DNA from: Pirellulales bacterium
Lineage (GTDB): Bacteria > Planctomycetota > Planctomycetia > Pirellulales > PALSA-1355
Assembly (NCBI GenBank): GCA_040901665.1
Contig: JBBDYK010000138.1
Location: 1-38,403, forward strand
Direction of reading: 5' to 3'
Length of the DNA stretch: 38,403 nt
The notes under the pieces are model-generated. The model was not told the origin of the DNA. It made no database searches and saw nothing but the letters and a program-made list of their open reading frames with translations. Position 1 is the stretch's first letter, and every line of letters begins with the position of its first letter. The translations under genes were made by a program, and so were the position numbers. Below, piece by piece: positions 26,677 to 35,579 of this stretch.

Positions 26677-28065
26677 ATGGCCCTTCTGCCCCGCCTATCG
26701 TCGCACGATTCTCATCATCGTCTGGCCCAGCGGAGCATTCCGATGCTTCCGCCAGGCGACTTGATTCGCGTCGGCTCGCGGCGGTGGTTTCTGCAGACCG
26801 GATTAGCCGGTATGGCTGGGTTGGGCATGACGGGCGTGCTCGGTAACGCCGCCCAGGCCGCAATACCCACGGGCGATCGCAAAGCAGTGATCCTGTTCTG
26901 GCTCTCCGGCGGACCGAGTCACTTGGACATGTGGGATCCAAAGCCAGAGGCGCCGGCCGAGATCCGCGGGCCATTTCGGGCGATCAAGACCAACGTGCCG
27001 GGCATCCAGGTGTGCGAGCACTTGCCGCTGCAGGCCCGAATCATGGACAAGCTGTCGATCATCCGCAGCGTCGACTGCTCGGCCAGCAACCATACGCCCA
27101 TCACGCTGCAGGCGGGCAATCCGCTGGCGCGGCGGACCGACGACGGCAACGACGGCGCCGGCTATCCTTCAATGGGCTCGATCGCCGCCAAGTATCGCGG
27201 GCCCAATGCCGCGAACATGCCCGCCTTCGTCGGATTGGCCGATAGTTGGAAGGCCGACGTCTGGGGCTCAGGTCACATGGGAAGCGAGTACGAACCCATT
27301 CAAGGCAAGGAGCTGACCGGACGCCTGGCGTTGCCCCAGGGCATCAACGTGCAGCGGTTGCAGGACCGGCAGGATCTGCGCCGGCAGTTCGATCGGCTGC
27401 GGCGCGGCTTGGAGCGAGTCGCCGACGTGCAGGCCACCGACCGCTATACCGAGATGGCCTACGACATGGTGTCTTCCGGCCGGGTGCAGCAGGCATTCGA
27501 CGTTTCGCGCGAGACCGATGCGACGCGCGACGCCTATGGGCGCGAGAGCATCGGCGAGAAGGCATTGCTCGCCCGGCGGTTGATCGAGGCCGGCGTCACG
27601 TACGTGTTGGTCAGCGGCGCTTGGGGTTACTTCGATCATCACGGCGACGAAGTGAAGTGGGGCGGCATCGAAAAAGGGCTCAAGCCGCTGTTGCCCAGCG
27701 TCGACCGCGTCATGCACACGCTGATAAACGACCTGGAAAGCCGGGGCTTGCTGGACTCGACGCTCGTCTTGATGATGGGCGAATTCGGCCGCTCGCCGGT
27801 GATGACCACCACGGCCGGACGCGGTCATTGGACCAACGTCATGTCAATGCTGGTGGCCGGCGGCGGACTCCCCACGGGCCAGGTGATCGGCGCCACCGAC
27901 GAGAAGGGCTATGACATCAAGGAAGCCCGCGTAGCGCCAGCCGATATCGCAGCCACCACCTTCAAGCACCTGGGGATTCCGCTGGATACTCATTGGGTGA
28001 ACCGCCAGGGCCGGCCGATTGCCATCGTCAGCGAAGGCGGACGCCCGATTCCCGGCTTGTGCTGA
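26677..28065 (+). CDS. DUF1501 domain protein, Tat signal (paralog of 2014-3516)
   Basis: Twin-arginine signal GSRRWFLQTGLAGMAGLG. DUF1501 stretches (VILFWLSGGPSHLDMWDPKPEAP, GEFGRSP, GRGHW, TTFKHLGIP). The ATG at 26677 (GGAG 9 nt upstream) and the ATG at 26743 (GGAG 7 nt upstream) are both plausible starts. Confidence 0.9.
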   Translation: MALLPRLSSHDSHHRLAQRSIPMLPPGDLIRVGSRRWFLQTGLAGMAGLGMTGVLGNAAQAAIPTGDRKAVILFWLSGGPSHLDMWDPKPEAPAEIRGPFRAIKTNVPGIQVCEHLPLQARIMDKLSIIRSVDCSASNHTPITLQAGNPLARRTDDGNDGAGYPSMGSIAAKYRGPNAANMPAFVGLADSWKADVWGSGHMGSEYEPIQGKELTGRLALPQGINVQRLQDRQDLRRQFDRLRRGLERVADVQATDRYTEMAYDMVSSGRVQQAFDVSRETDATRDAYGRESIGEKALLARRLIEAGVTYVLVSGAWGYFDHHGDEVKWGGIEKGLKPLLPSVDRVMHTLINDLESRGLLDSTLVLMMGEFGRSPVMTTTAGRGHWTNVMSMLVAGGGLPTGQVIGATDEKGYDIKEARVAPADIAATTFKHLGIPLDTHWVNRQGRPIAIVSEGGRPIPGLC

Positions 28066-28107
28066 TTGGCCGGCGTGCCGCGTTGGATTCATTGCGGGAG
28101 CGATTCG

Positions 28108-28638
28108 GTGCGCGTGGGACTGTTCGCCGATTGTCACGATCACCTGGACAACGTGCGCCGGGCCGTAGCCGAATTCAACCGGCGCGAGTGCCAGGTGGTG
28201 CTATTCGCCGGCGACCTGGTGTCGACGTTCGCCGTGCCGCCGCTGCGCAAACTGCAATGCCCGTTCGTCGGCTGCTTCGGAGACAATGAGGGCAATCGCG
28301 TCGGGCTGCTGTCGGGCATGAAGATCATCGGCCGGCTCGAAGAGGCGCCCGTGCGCTACCAGTCGCCCGATGGTCGCCGCTTTGTCATCGTCCACATGCT
28401 GTCGCAGGCGCGTGGACTGGACGAACCGTTCGACGTGTTGGTCTATGGCCATACGCACAAACCGTCCGTCAAGCGGGACGACGCGGGACGATTGCTCGTG
28501 AACCCTGGCGAGACCAGTGGCTGGACCTTTGGCCGGCCAACCATCGCCGTGCTCGACACCGAAACGCTGGAAGTCGAAATGATCGACCTTGTGCCAGCGC
28601 CGACCGCGGTTGATGCCGGCATCAGCGAAGCAGGTTGA
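28108..28638 (+). CDS. YfcE/MJ0936-type metallophosphoesterase
   Basis: The GTG at 28108 is preceded by GGGAG with a 7-nt spacer. Calcineurin-like phosphoesterase motifs are present: GLFADCHD, AGDLV, GDNEGN, YGHTHKP and VNPGE. Confidence 0.8.
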   Translation: MRVGLFADCHDHLDNVRRAVAEFNRRECQVVLFAGDLVSTFAVPPLRKLQCPFVGCFGDNEGNRVGLLSGMKIIGRLEEAPVRYQSPDGRRFVIVHMLSQARGLDEPFDVLVYGHTHKPSVKRDDAGRLLVNPGETSGWTFGRPTIAVLDTETLEVEMIDLVPAPTAVDAGISEAG

Positions 28639-29629
28639 GCGTCGCTGGCGGCGCCAGATTGCGCTGGCTGGAAAGAACGCCCGGGCGGTTGCCGTCGAGC
28701 CACAAGCCGCCGGCATAGCGAAAGTGGTTGCCGGCAGTGAGCGTCACAATCTTGCGCGCCTGCTTGCGCAACAGCCTCCCGGTATCGCGCTGGTCGAGAT
28801 CGACGGCAAATACGTCTGCCACATCCTGGCCGCTCGGCGTCGAGGCGAAGCCGACGAGGCGCAGCACCCCATCGCTCGTCGCGACCAGGTTCACGGCTTG
28901 ATACGGTTCACAGCGGCTGTCCGGTTGCCAGTCGCTCTTGTCCGCCGCCGCCGCCGTCCAGCGTGCAATCATCGCGAAGCGGCAGGCCCGGTCGTCCAAC
29001 GGCTTGCCGTTGCTCACGTAGAAGTCGATCGCGCGGCTGTCCCAGTTGGCCACGGCCGCGACGTGATCGCCCTTGCGCCTGGCCAGGGCCACGCCGCCGG
29101 CCGTTTGATCTTCCGGATTGCCCGAGCGGTGAATGGCCAAATGTTCGCGCTGCCGCGGCGCCAGTGGGTTCGACACGTCCCAGAATTGCACCTGCGAGCG
29201 GGTTTTCTGCTGGTTGTCTTCGACGCCAACCGCCAACACGTTCTCGCACAGTTGAATGCCGCCGGCGTGCCGTAGTGGAGGCGATTGGCCGTCGCTGGGA
29301 AACACGTGCAAGTGAATCGCGCGCCCTGGCTGGCTCAGATCGCCGGGAAACTCCACCACCAACAGAAAGGCGACGGTCAATGAATCGTGCGACAGGAATG
29401 CCAGGTGCCGCCCGGTGACACTGTCGAAGCGCATCTGGATGCCCTGCAAGTGTCCACCGGCCGGTGGCGCAATGCCGTTAAGATCAAATTTCAATGGCTG
29501 GGCCGCAGCCGGCAGGTCTGCGAGCGAGAACGACTGGATCTTATCCTCGCCGGCCAAGGGCCCGACCAATTCGGCCAAGACCATGCTCGCAGTCAACAGA
29601 TAGATGGCTGGCCGCCGAAAGACGCGCAT
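28622..29629 (-). CDS. Secreted hypothetical protein (possibly beta-propeller-like)
   Basis: From the ATG at 29627-29629 there is a signal-like N-terminus MRVFRRPAIYLLTASMVLAELVGPLAG. Amino-acid composition is normal, unlike the R-rich antisense frame. It starts 45 nt after the stop of the TPR-redoxin gene. No family recognised. Confidence 0.6.
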   Translation of the reverse strand: MRVFRRPAIYLLTASMVLAELVGPLAGEDKIQSFSLADLPAAAQPLKFDLNGIAPPAGGHLQGIQMRFDSVTGRHLAFLSHDSLTVAFLLVVEFPGDLSQPGRAIHLHVFPSDGQSPPLRHAGGIQLCENVLAVGVEDNQQKTRSQVQFWDVSNPLAPRQREHLAIHRSGNPEDQTAGGVALARRKGDHVAAVANWDSRAIDFYVSNGKPLDDRACRFAMIARWTAAAADKSDWQPDSRCEPYQAVNLVATSDGVLRLVGFASTPSGQDVADVFAVDLDQRDTGRLLRKQARKIVTLTAGNHFRYAGGLWLDGNRPGVLSSQRNLAPPATLNLLR

Positions 29630-29674
29630 GCACACATTCCTTGAACGCCAACCACGCGATTCGTGCCGAAGCAT

Positions 29675-32137
29675 CTACTTCTTGCCGAGCAGTCGTTTGG
29701 CTTCGCCCAGCAGGAACTCGGCATCGCTAAATGGCTCGAAGCTGACGTCGTGCCAGCGTACAAGGCCTCCGCCGTCGATGAGGCAGGTGGCGTGCAGCGG
29801 CATCTTTTCGAAATCGTCGTAGGCACGGTAGTCTTTGAAAACCGTCAACTCGGGATCGGCCGCCAGTGGAAACGGAATCGGCTCCTTGGGCGAAAGCTTG
29901 GCCAGCGAGCCTTGCAGCGTGTCAAGCGGCTCGCTGCTGATGGCCACCAGCGAGATTCCGGCCTCGGCGTATTTCGACGCCAGCGGCGCAAACTTCTGCA
30001 ATTGCTCTACGCAGTGCAGGCAGCCCGAGCCGAGATAGAAGATCACCACCACCGGCCTACCGCGATAGTCATCGAGCGAGACGGACTGGCCGCTGGCGCC
30101 GGCGAGCGTCCAACTCGTGGCCGGCGTCGGTTGCCAGCGGAAGGGACCCAACGATTCGAGATCGGGGCGCACACCTACGTCGAGCGCCGGCTCGCGGGCG
30201 ATGCGCCAATCGATCGGCAAATTCAGTTCGTCGGCCAGCGGCCGCAAGCGCTCGAAGACGCGATTGTCCAGATCGGCATCGGCCGCCAGCACGCGAAGCC
30301 TGGCGAATTCGGCCCTGGCATCGGCCTTCTTGTCGGCCTTCACGAGCACCTCGACCAGCACCGCCAGCGGGGTCACTTCATTCGGTCCGTCTTCCACTGC
30401 TTTGCGGGCAAGCGTCTCTGCCCGGGTCTGGTCTCCGGCCAGGGAAAACGCGCGGGCAAGGTGGTCCTTGCGAGTCGCCTTGGCTTCTTTGATCTTCTCG
30501 AACTCCGCTTTGGCGTCCGCCGGCTTATCGACCGCCAGTGCCGCATGCCCGCGCAGCTCGGCCAGCACATGCTCGATCTCCTTCAGTTCGGGCGTCGAAC
30601 GGGTCAAGGCGCCTGCCATCGCTTTGGCGACGTCCTTGTCCGACTTCTTGTCGGCGCGGGCCTTGGCTTCGGCTTCGTCGGCCGCCTTATAACGCGCGGC
30701 GCGGCGTTCGCCGAGCAGCGCTTCCACTGCGGCAATCTGCTTGGCGCCCTCTTCGTGCTTTGTCAGGCCGAACTGCGCCAAGCCCAGCATGCGCAACCGC
30801 TGAAGCTTTGCGTCGGTGTCATCCTTTTGCGGCTGGAGATACGACGTGTCGGCATACCGCAGAATGTCTTCCCAGCGCTCGTATTGAAGGAGGACGTCGG
30901 CCAGCCGATCGTGTCCAAATCGGGCGCTGCCCTTTTCGGCGTTGTTGTACTGCGGATGGCGCGGCAGCTCGATCATGTTGGTGGCCAGCGCGATCGCGTC
31001 ATTCACGCGCCCCAGGAACGCCAGGTTGCGAATCAGCCACTCGTTGTTGTGGGCATAGTTGTGAATCTGATCCGGCAGCACGCGGTCTCGCATCATGTGC
31101 GCGTGGTCGACCCGTGCCGAGGCCTCCTGTTGCAGGGCGCCGTCGGCATAGCGATGCAGCTTGGAATAGGTGTGGCCCGGCATGTGCCACATGTGGGCGA
31201 TCGAAGGGGCCGCCTGCCCGCACTGCGACGCGGAAATCAGCGCCCGGGCTGCTTTCTCCTGGTCCCACAGGTGGACGCGGAAGTGATGGGCCGGGTGCAT
31301 GGGATTCGCGGCGAACACCTGGTCGAGCAGGGCGTCGACGGCCTGGTGGCTGCTGATCGGCAGTTGCTTCTTCTCTTCCGTCATCCAACTGCCGTTTTGC
31401 CAGATGCGCAGCGCCAGCAGGGCCTTGGCCTCGACGTCGTTGGGATACTGCTGGAGGATGGACTCCAGATCGCGCACGTATTTGCGCCGGCGATCGGGAG
31501 TGTCTTCGCCGTCGTAGCTGGCGGCCAGCGCGTCGATCCAGGCGATTTCTCGCGCTCCCGCGTTGGCCTTCATCGCCTGGGCCTTCTTGATCAACTCGTT
31601 GGCCCGCTTTTCGTTGTTGGTGTTGGCCATGGCCATGCCCCAATAGGCCATGGCGCAGTTCGGATCGATCAGCAGCACCTGGCGGAAGGACCGCTCGGCC
31701 TCGAAGTACCAGAAGCCGTGCAGTTGGCCGATGCCCTGGTCGAAGAACTTTTGCGCTTCGGGCACGTGGGTGGTGACGGGAAAGTGCACGTTGCCGGTGC
31801 CGCCCATCAGGTAGGCCGCCTGTCGCGGTCCTTCGTCGAACGCTTCGCCGTGCATCGAGTGTCCCGGCGCGGGCTCGGCCTTCTTGGCGTCGTCCGCCGG
31901 CTTCGCGGCCGCGGCGGGCGCTGGCTTAGCGTCGGTCTTGGCATCTGGCTTGGCGTCGGCCGAGGGCGATTCAACGTCGGACTTGGCCGGTAACTTGGCC
32001 GCCACTGCAGTCGAGGTCTGCGCACCCTCCGCCGCGGCCGCCACCGGCTTGACATCCGTCTCGCCTGCCTGAAGATGCTGAAACACGAACAGCAATACGG
32101 CCAAAGAAAGCGACGCTTGGCGACTTCGCATGGGCAT
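29675..32137 (-). CDS. Exported TPR-repeat protein with a C-terminal AhpC/TSA-redoxin (thioredoxin-fold, CxxC) domain
   Basis: Signal MPMRSRQASLSLAVLLFVFQHLQA (ATG at 32137 or 32131). A Lys/Ala/Pro/Asp low-complexity segment comes next, then TPR-like helical repeats (AMAYWGMAMAN...). The C-terminal redoxin domain RGRPVVVIFYLGSGCLHCVEQL has CLHC encoded at 30011-30022. Confidence 0.85.
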   Translation of the reverse strand: MPMRSRQASLSLAVLLFVFQHLQAGETDVKPVAAAAEGAQTSTAVAAKLPAKSDVESPSADAKPDAKTDAKPAPAAAAKPADDAKKAEPAPGHSMHGEAFDEGPRQAAYLMGGTGNVHFPVTTHVPEAQKFFDQGIGQLHGFWYFEAERSFRQVLLIDPNCAMAYWGMAMANTNNEKRANELIKKAQAMKANAGAREIAWIDALAASYDGEDTPDRRRKYVRDLESILQQYPNDVEAKALLALRIWQNGSWMTEEKKQLPISSHQAVDALLDQVFAANPMHPAHHFRVHLWDQEKAARALISASQCGQAAPSIAHMWHMPGHTYSKLHRYADGALQQEASARVDHAHMMRDRVLPDQIHNYAHNNEWLIRNLAFLGRVNDAIALATNMIELPRHPQYNNAEKGSARFGHDRLADVLLQYERWEDILRYADTSYLQPQKDDTDAKLQRLRMLGLAQFGLTKHEEGAKQIAAVEALLGERRAARYKAADEAEAKARADKKSDKDVAKAMAGALTRSTPELKEIEHVLAELRGHAALAVDKPADAKAEFEKIKEAKATRKDHLARAFSLAGDQTRAETLARKAVEDGPNEVTPLAVLVEVLVKADKKADARAEFARLRVLAADADLDNRVFERLRPLADELNLPIDWRIAREPALDVGVRPDLESLGPFRWQPTPATSWTLAGASGQSVSLDDYRGRPVVVIFYLGSGCLHCVEQLQKFAPLASKYAEAGISLVAISSEPLDTLQGSLAKLSPKEPIPFPLAADPELTVFKDYRAYDDFEKMPLHATCLIDGGGLVRWHDVSFEPFSDAEFLLGEAKRLLGKK

Positions 32138-32197
32138 GGCGTGTCTCGACGGCAGGTGGTGCAGGTGGGTGCCGGCCCAGGCCGGACGCATGGCTCA

Positions 32198-32233
32198 ACC
32201 TTAGCCGGATTGTGCGTGGATTGCAACGAATTG
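32198..32233 (-). promoter_or_regulatory. Conserved upstream element (copy 2) with three phased GGATTG/GAATTG repeats
   Basis: 32198-32223 matches 7851-7876 at 21 of 26 positions. The hexamers start at 32207, 32218 and 32228 (11- and 10-nt phasing). In gene sense, TTGCAA-17 nt-TAAGGT can be read as -35/-10, 61 nt upstream of the ATG at 32137. Confidence 0.35.
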
Positions 32234-32332
32234 AACCGCTGTTCACTCGATCGACGTTGATTATCAGACGACTCCGCGGCAACGGCCTAGAATTGTAGTG
32301 AAGTCGCCACGGGGCGCAGCCAAGGAGATGCC

Positions 32333-33115
32333 ATGAGTGTGCTCGATCGATTCCGGCTCGACGGAAAGCGGATGCTGATCACCGGCGGCAGTCGCGGACT
32401 GGGACGTGAAATGGCGCTGGCCGTGGCGGAAGCCGGCGCCGACGTCATGCTGGTCGCGCGCGAGGCGGATGCCCTAGAGGCCACGGCCAGCGACGTTCGC
32501 GCCTTGGGGCGAAAGGCCGCGACCATCGTGTGCGACGTGGGCCAGCCGGAAGCCTGCGCCGCCATGTGCGAACAAGCCCTGCAAGAGCACGGGCCGATCG
32601 ACATCCTGATCAACAATGTCGGCGGCCGGCGGTTCAACGTGCCGACGGATCAGTTCCCGTTGGAAAAATGGCAGGAGCTGATCGATCTCAATCTGACCGC
32701 CACCTTCATCTGCACCAAGCACATTGGCGGAGCAATGATCGCGCGGCGACGCGGTGGACGCGTGATCAACGTGGCGTCGATCTCGGGCTTGATCGTGAAT
32801 CGCGGCATCGGCGCCCGCGCCTACGAGACATCGAAGGCGGCCGTGATCCATTTCACCAAATCAACGGCGGCCGATTGGGCCCAACATGGCATCACGGTCA
32901 ACGCCATCTGCCCTGGCTTCTTCATGACCGAGCCAAACCAGCGCTGGTCGCGCGAGCATCCGAAGCTGATGGACATGTACCGCGAGCAAATCCCCATGGG
33001 CGATTTCGGCAAAGCCGCCGACCTGGGTCCACTGGCCGTCTACCTGGCCAGCGAAGCCGCCGGCTACGTCACCGGAGCCGCAGTCGTGATCGACGGCGGA
33101 TATACGCTGTGGTAG
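32333..33115 (+). CDS. SDR family oxidoreductase (gluconate-5-dehydrogenase / 3-oxoacyl-ACP-reductase-like)
   Basis: AAGGAG lies 5 nt before the ATG. Rossmann motif ITGGSRGLG, NNVG, catalytic S...YETSK, and PG motif ICPGFF. Confidence 0.9.
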   Translation: MSVLDRFRLDGKRMLITGGSRGLGREMALAVAEAGADVMLVAREADALEATASDVRALGRKAATIVCDVGQPEACAAMCEQALQEHGPIDILINNVGGRRFNVPTDQFPLEKWQELIDLNLTATFICTKHIGGAMIARRRGGRVINVASISGLIVNRGIGARAYETSKAAVIHFTKSTAADWAQHGITVNAICPGFFMTEPNQRWSREHPKLMDMYREQIPMGDFGKAADLGPLAVYLASEAAGYVTGAAVVIDGGYTLW

Positions 33116-33156
33116 GGGATTGCGTGAAATCTAACGTAGCAGTTACCTCTAGCTCA

Positions 33157-33624
33157 TCAGTCTCCCAGCTCCGCCAATTGCTTTCGCAGGGGCTGCTTCT
33201 CGGCTTCGCTTAGCTCGACCAGGTTGCGGCCTTCAAGTCCGGCGGCCATGGCCCACAACAGGTTGAGGGTGGCCTTGGGCTGTTGTTGCTTGACGAGTCG
33301 GTAGGCCAGCACCGGGCCGACGCGCACCAGGTCGGCGATGGTGGCGATGCCCACGGCGCGGAGCCAGGCGCCGCTGTTGACACCAAGGTTGAAGAGGTTC
33401 TCGATCGGCTCGCTCAAGTCGCGCTGCCGGCTGGCAAAGCCGACGTCGGCGAACTTGGCTTCCAGCTCACGCAGGTGGCGTCCGGTGGCGGTGTGAATGA
33501 TAACGGCCTGGTTGCGGCCGGCGCTTTGCACCTGGCGCACGCCGTGGCCAAAGCCCTTGAGCCGCCGCCGCGTTCGCGACGCGCCCAGGTTGACGAACAG
33601 GTGATCGCCTTTGGGTTCGGACAT
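33157..33624 (-). CDS. TfoX/Sxy C-terminal-domain protein with an unrecognised N-terminal half
   Basis: The C-terminal ~80 aa (LFNLGVNSGAWLRAVGIATIADLVRVGPVLAYRLVK...LNLLWAMAAGLEG) fit the TfoX_C helix-hairpin-helix pattern from memory. Start is the ATG at 33622-33624. Confidence 0.6.
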   Translation of the reverse strand: MSEPKGDHLFVNLGASRTRRRLKGFGHGVRQVQSAGRNQAVIIHTATGRHLRELEAKFADVGFASRQRDLSEPIENLFNLGVNSGAWLRAVGIATIADLVRVGPVLAYRLVKQQQPKATLNLLWAMAAGLEGRNLVELSEAEKQPLRKQLAELGD

Positions 33625-33718
33625 GGTTCGCTCGCCGCTGGATTCATTAGCCGGACTCATTCTACAATAACCAGCACCAATCGCCGAACGTCCGCTCATT
33701 CAACCGGAGAGCTCCATC

Positions 33719-34648
33719 ATGATTGTTAGTCGTCGCGGCACTTTTTCCACGTTGTTGGCTGTTGTATTTCTCGTGCTCAACTCGATTGGCTTCTTGACCC
33801 CAACGGCCCGGGCCGCCGAGCCGGACGGCAAGCTGCGGGTCATTTGCTTCGGGGCGCATCCGGACGATGCGGAATACAAGGCGGGCGGCGTGGCGGCCAA
33901 GTGGGCCAAGCTGGGGCACCATGTCAAGTTCGTCTCGGTCACCAATGGCGACATTGGTCATTGGCAAATCGCCGGCGGGCCGCTGGCGCAGCGGCGCACG
34001 GCCGAAGTGAAGCAAGCAGCCCGCGTGTTGGGCATCACCACCGAAGTGCTCGACATCCACGATGGCGAACTGCTGCCCACGCTCGAAAACCGCCAGAAGA
34101 TCACGCGACTGATCCGCGAATGGAAGGCCGACGTCGTGATGTCGCACCGGCCCAACGACTATCACCCCGACCATCGCTACACGGGCGTGCTGGTGCAGGA
34201 CGCCGCCTACATGGTGGCCGTGCCGTTTTTTTGTCCGGACACACCGCCGCTGGCAAGTAACCCGGTGTTCCTGTTTTACTCCGATCGCTTCCAGCGGCCG
34301 AATCCGTTCACGGCCGACATCGCGGTGTCGATCGACGACGTGTTCGACAAGAAGATCGCCGCCGTGGACGCGATGCCCTCGCAAGTTTATGAAGGGGGCG
34401 CGGTCGGCTCGGAGGAGTTCATGCGCGACATCCCCAACGATCCCGTCGGGCGGCGCACCTGGGCCACCGAGAACCATGGCCGGCGCTATGCGCAAGTGGC
34501 CGACACCTATCGCGACGCCTTGGTGAAGTGGTATGGCGCCGAGCGCGGCAAGAACGTGAAATACGCCGAGGTATTCGAGATTTGCGAGTATGGGCGGCGA
34601 CCCGACGACGCGGAAATCAAAACCCTGTTTCCGTTTTTCGGCGAATAG
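33719..34648 (+). CDS. PIG-L/LmbE family deacetylase, with N-terminal signal/anchor
   Basis: GGAGAG lies 7 nt before the ATG. Hydrophobic N-terminus FSTLLAVVFLVLNSIGFL. PIG-L signature VICFGAHPDDAEYKAGG, and later HPDH. Confidence 0.85.
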   Translation: MIVSRRGTFSTLLAVVFLVLNSIGFLTPTARAAEPDGKLRVICFGAHPDDAEYKAGGVAAKWAKLGHHVKFVSVTNGDIGHWQIAGGPLAQRRTAEVKQAARVLGITTEVLDIHDGELLPTLENRQKITRLIREWKADVVMSHRPNDYHPDHRYTGVLVQDAAYMVAVPFFCPDTPPLASNPVFLFYSDRFQRPNPFTADIAVSIDDVFDKKIAAVDAMPSQVYEGGAVGSEEFMRDIPNDPVGRRTWATENHGRRYAQVADTYRDALVKWYGAERGKNVKYAEVFEICEYGRRPDDAEIKTLFPFFGE

Positions 34649-34675
34649 CCCGCCGGCCCCGAATCGAGATCGGCG

Positions 34676-35314
34676 TTACCGCTGCACGGGCGGACGCTGG
34701 GCCGGCGCGGTTTGTGCCGGGCGGGTGGCCGTGGGCGGGGCGGCGCCACCGAGGCGTTGCTGCAGCGCCGCGGTGGCATCCAAGCCGCGCTGGTACACGA
34801 CGGGGTTGCTCACTTCGCGCATCACTCGGCGCGGGTCTTTTATATCGGCTTGCGGCGGATCGTAGCGAAGCACGAGCAGCACGCCGGTCGATTGGCCAAA
34901 TCGCGCCGTCTCGGCGTTCAATTCACGAGCGTGTTCGTAGTATAGTTTGGCTTCGCGATCCTTGAAGTCCTCGGTGATGCGCTTGCCGCGCAGCTCGAAG
35001 TCAGCCTTCATTTTCGTGAGCCGTTGTTCCATTTCCTTGTATTCGGCACTGTTGGGAGTGAGCTTACCGAATTGTTGCATGAGCTGATTGCCCCGCTCGC
35101 TCTCTTGCTTGAACGACTCGCCCGCGGCCTCGAATTCCTTCTTCAAGGCTTCGAGCGACTCCTTCAAGCGGGGTGCGTTCTCGGCGACCGACGCCACGTC
35201 GACCAGGACCGCGGTTGGCGGTGCCTGGCGTTGCGCCCAAACCGCCGTGACCGTCGCCAGTCCGGCGCAAGTTGCGAGTCCGGCCACGATCGCGAGACGC
35301 TTCTTCATGCTCAA
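34676..35314 (-). CDS. OmpH/Skp family periplasmic chaperone
   Basis: AAGGAG lies 8 nt before the ATG at 35314. Signal MKKRLAIVAGLATCAGLATVTAVWA. Coiled-coil Lys/Glu-rich body typical of OmpH (LKKEFEAAGESFKQE..., KMKADFELRGKRITEDF). Confidence 0.8.
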   Translation of the reverse strand: MSMKKRLAIVAGLATCAGLATVTAVWAQRQAPPTAVLVDVASVAENAPRLKESLEALKKEFEAAGESFKQESERGNQLMQQFGKLTPNSAEYKEMEQRLTKMKADFELRGKRITEDFKDREAKLYYEHARELNAETARFGQSTGVLLVLRYDPPQADIKDPRRVMREVSNPVVYQRGLDATAALQQRLGGAAPPTATRPAQTAPAQRPPVQR

Positions 35315-35579
35315 GGCTCCTTCAGCTCACCGAAACGATGCGACACTGTTGCAGACCCCGCATGCGCCGCAGGCATCGTGCGAGGGGGCGGTATTGTGCC
35401 GGCAGTCGCGGATTGGGTAAAGACCAAATCCGAGCCATTTAGCGCTCCCATTAGACCAACACGCCGCGAAATGATTAGAATCGGCGCATGCCAGCACGAG
35501 CTGCCCTCGACGACAGGTGGTGGCAGATCGGCGGCGCCTGCCGCGCATCCCCTTTTTCGACTCCACAATCTGCCATCGC

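Noticed and set aside
29663-31993. 776-aa ORF on the plus strand
   Set aside because: It is antisense to the TPR-redoxin gene, whose own frame shows a signal peptide, TPR-like repeats and a CxxC redoxin domain. The plus-strand translation is low-complexity and R/G/L-rich.
31865-32059. Repetitive GCC/AAG/CCA-rich DNA that might look like a tandem repeat
   Set aside because: It is an imperfect coding low-complexity segment (DAKPDAKTDAKPAPAAAAKPADDAKK) inside the TPR-redoxin gene. It is not a discrete DNA repeat or array.
33157-33624. Interpreting the TfoX_C-domain gene as evidence for a natural-competence locus
   Set aside because: Only the C-terminal domain resembles TfoX, and no com, pil or dpr genes are adjacent. 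The inference would be over-reach.
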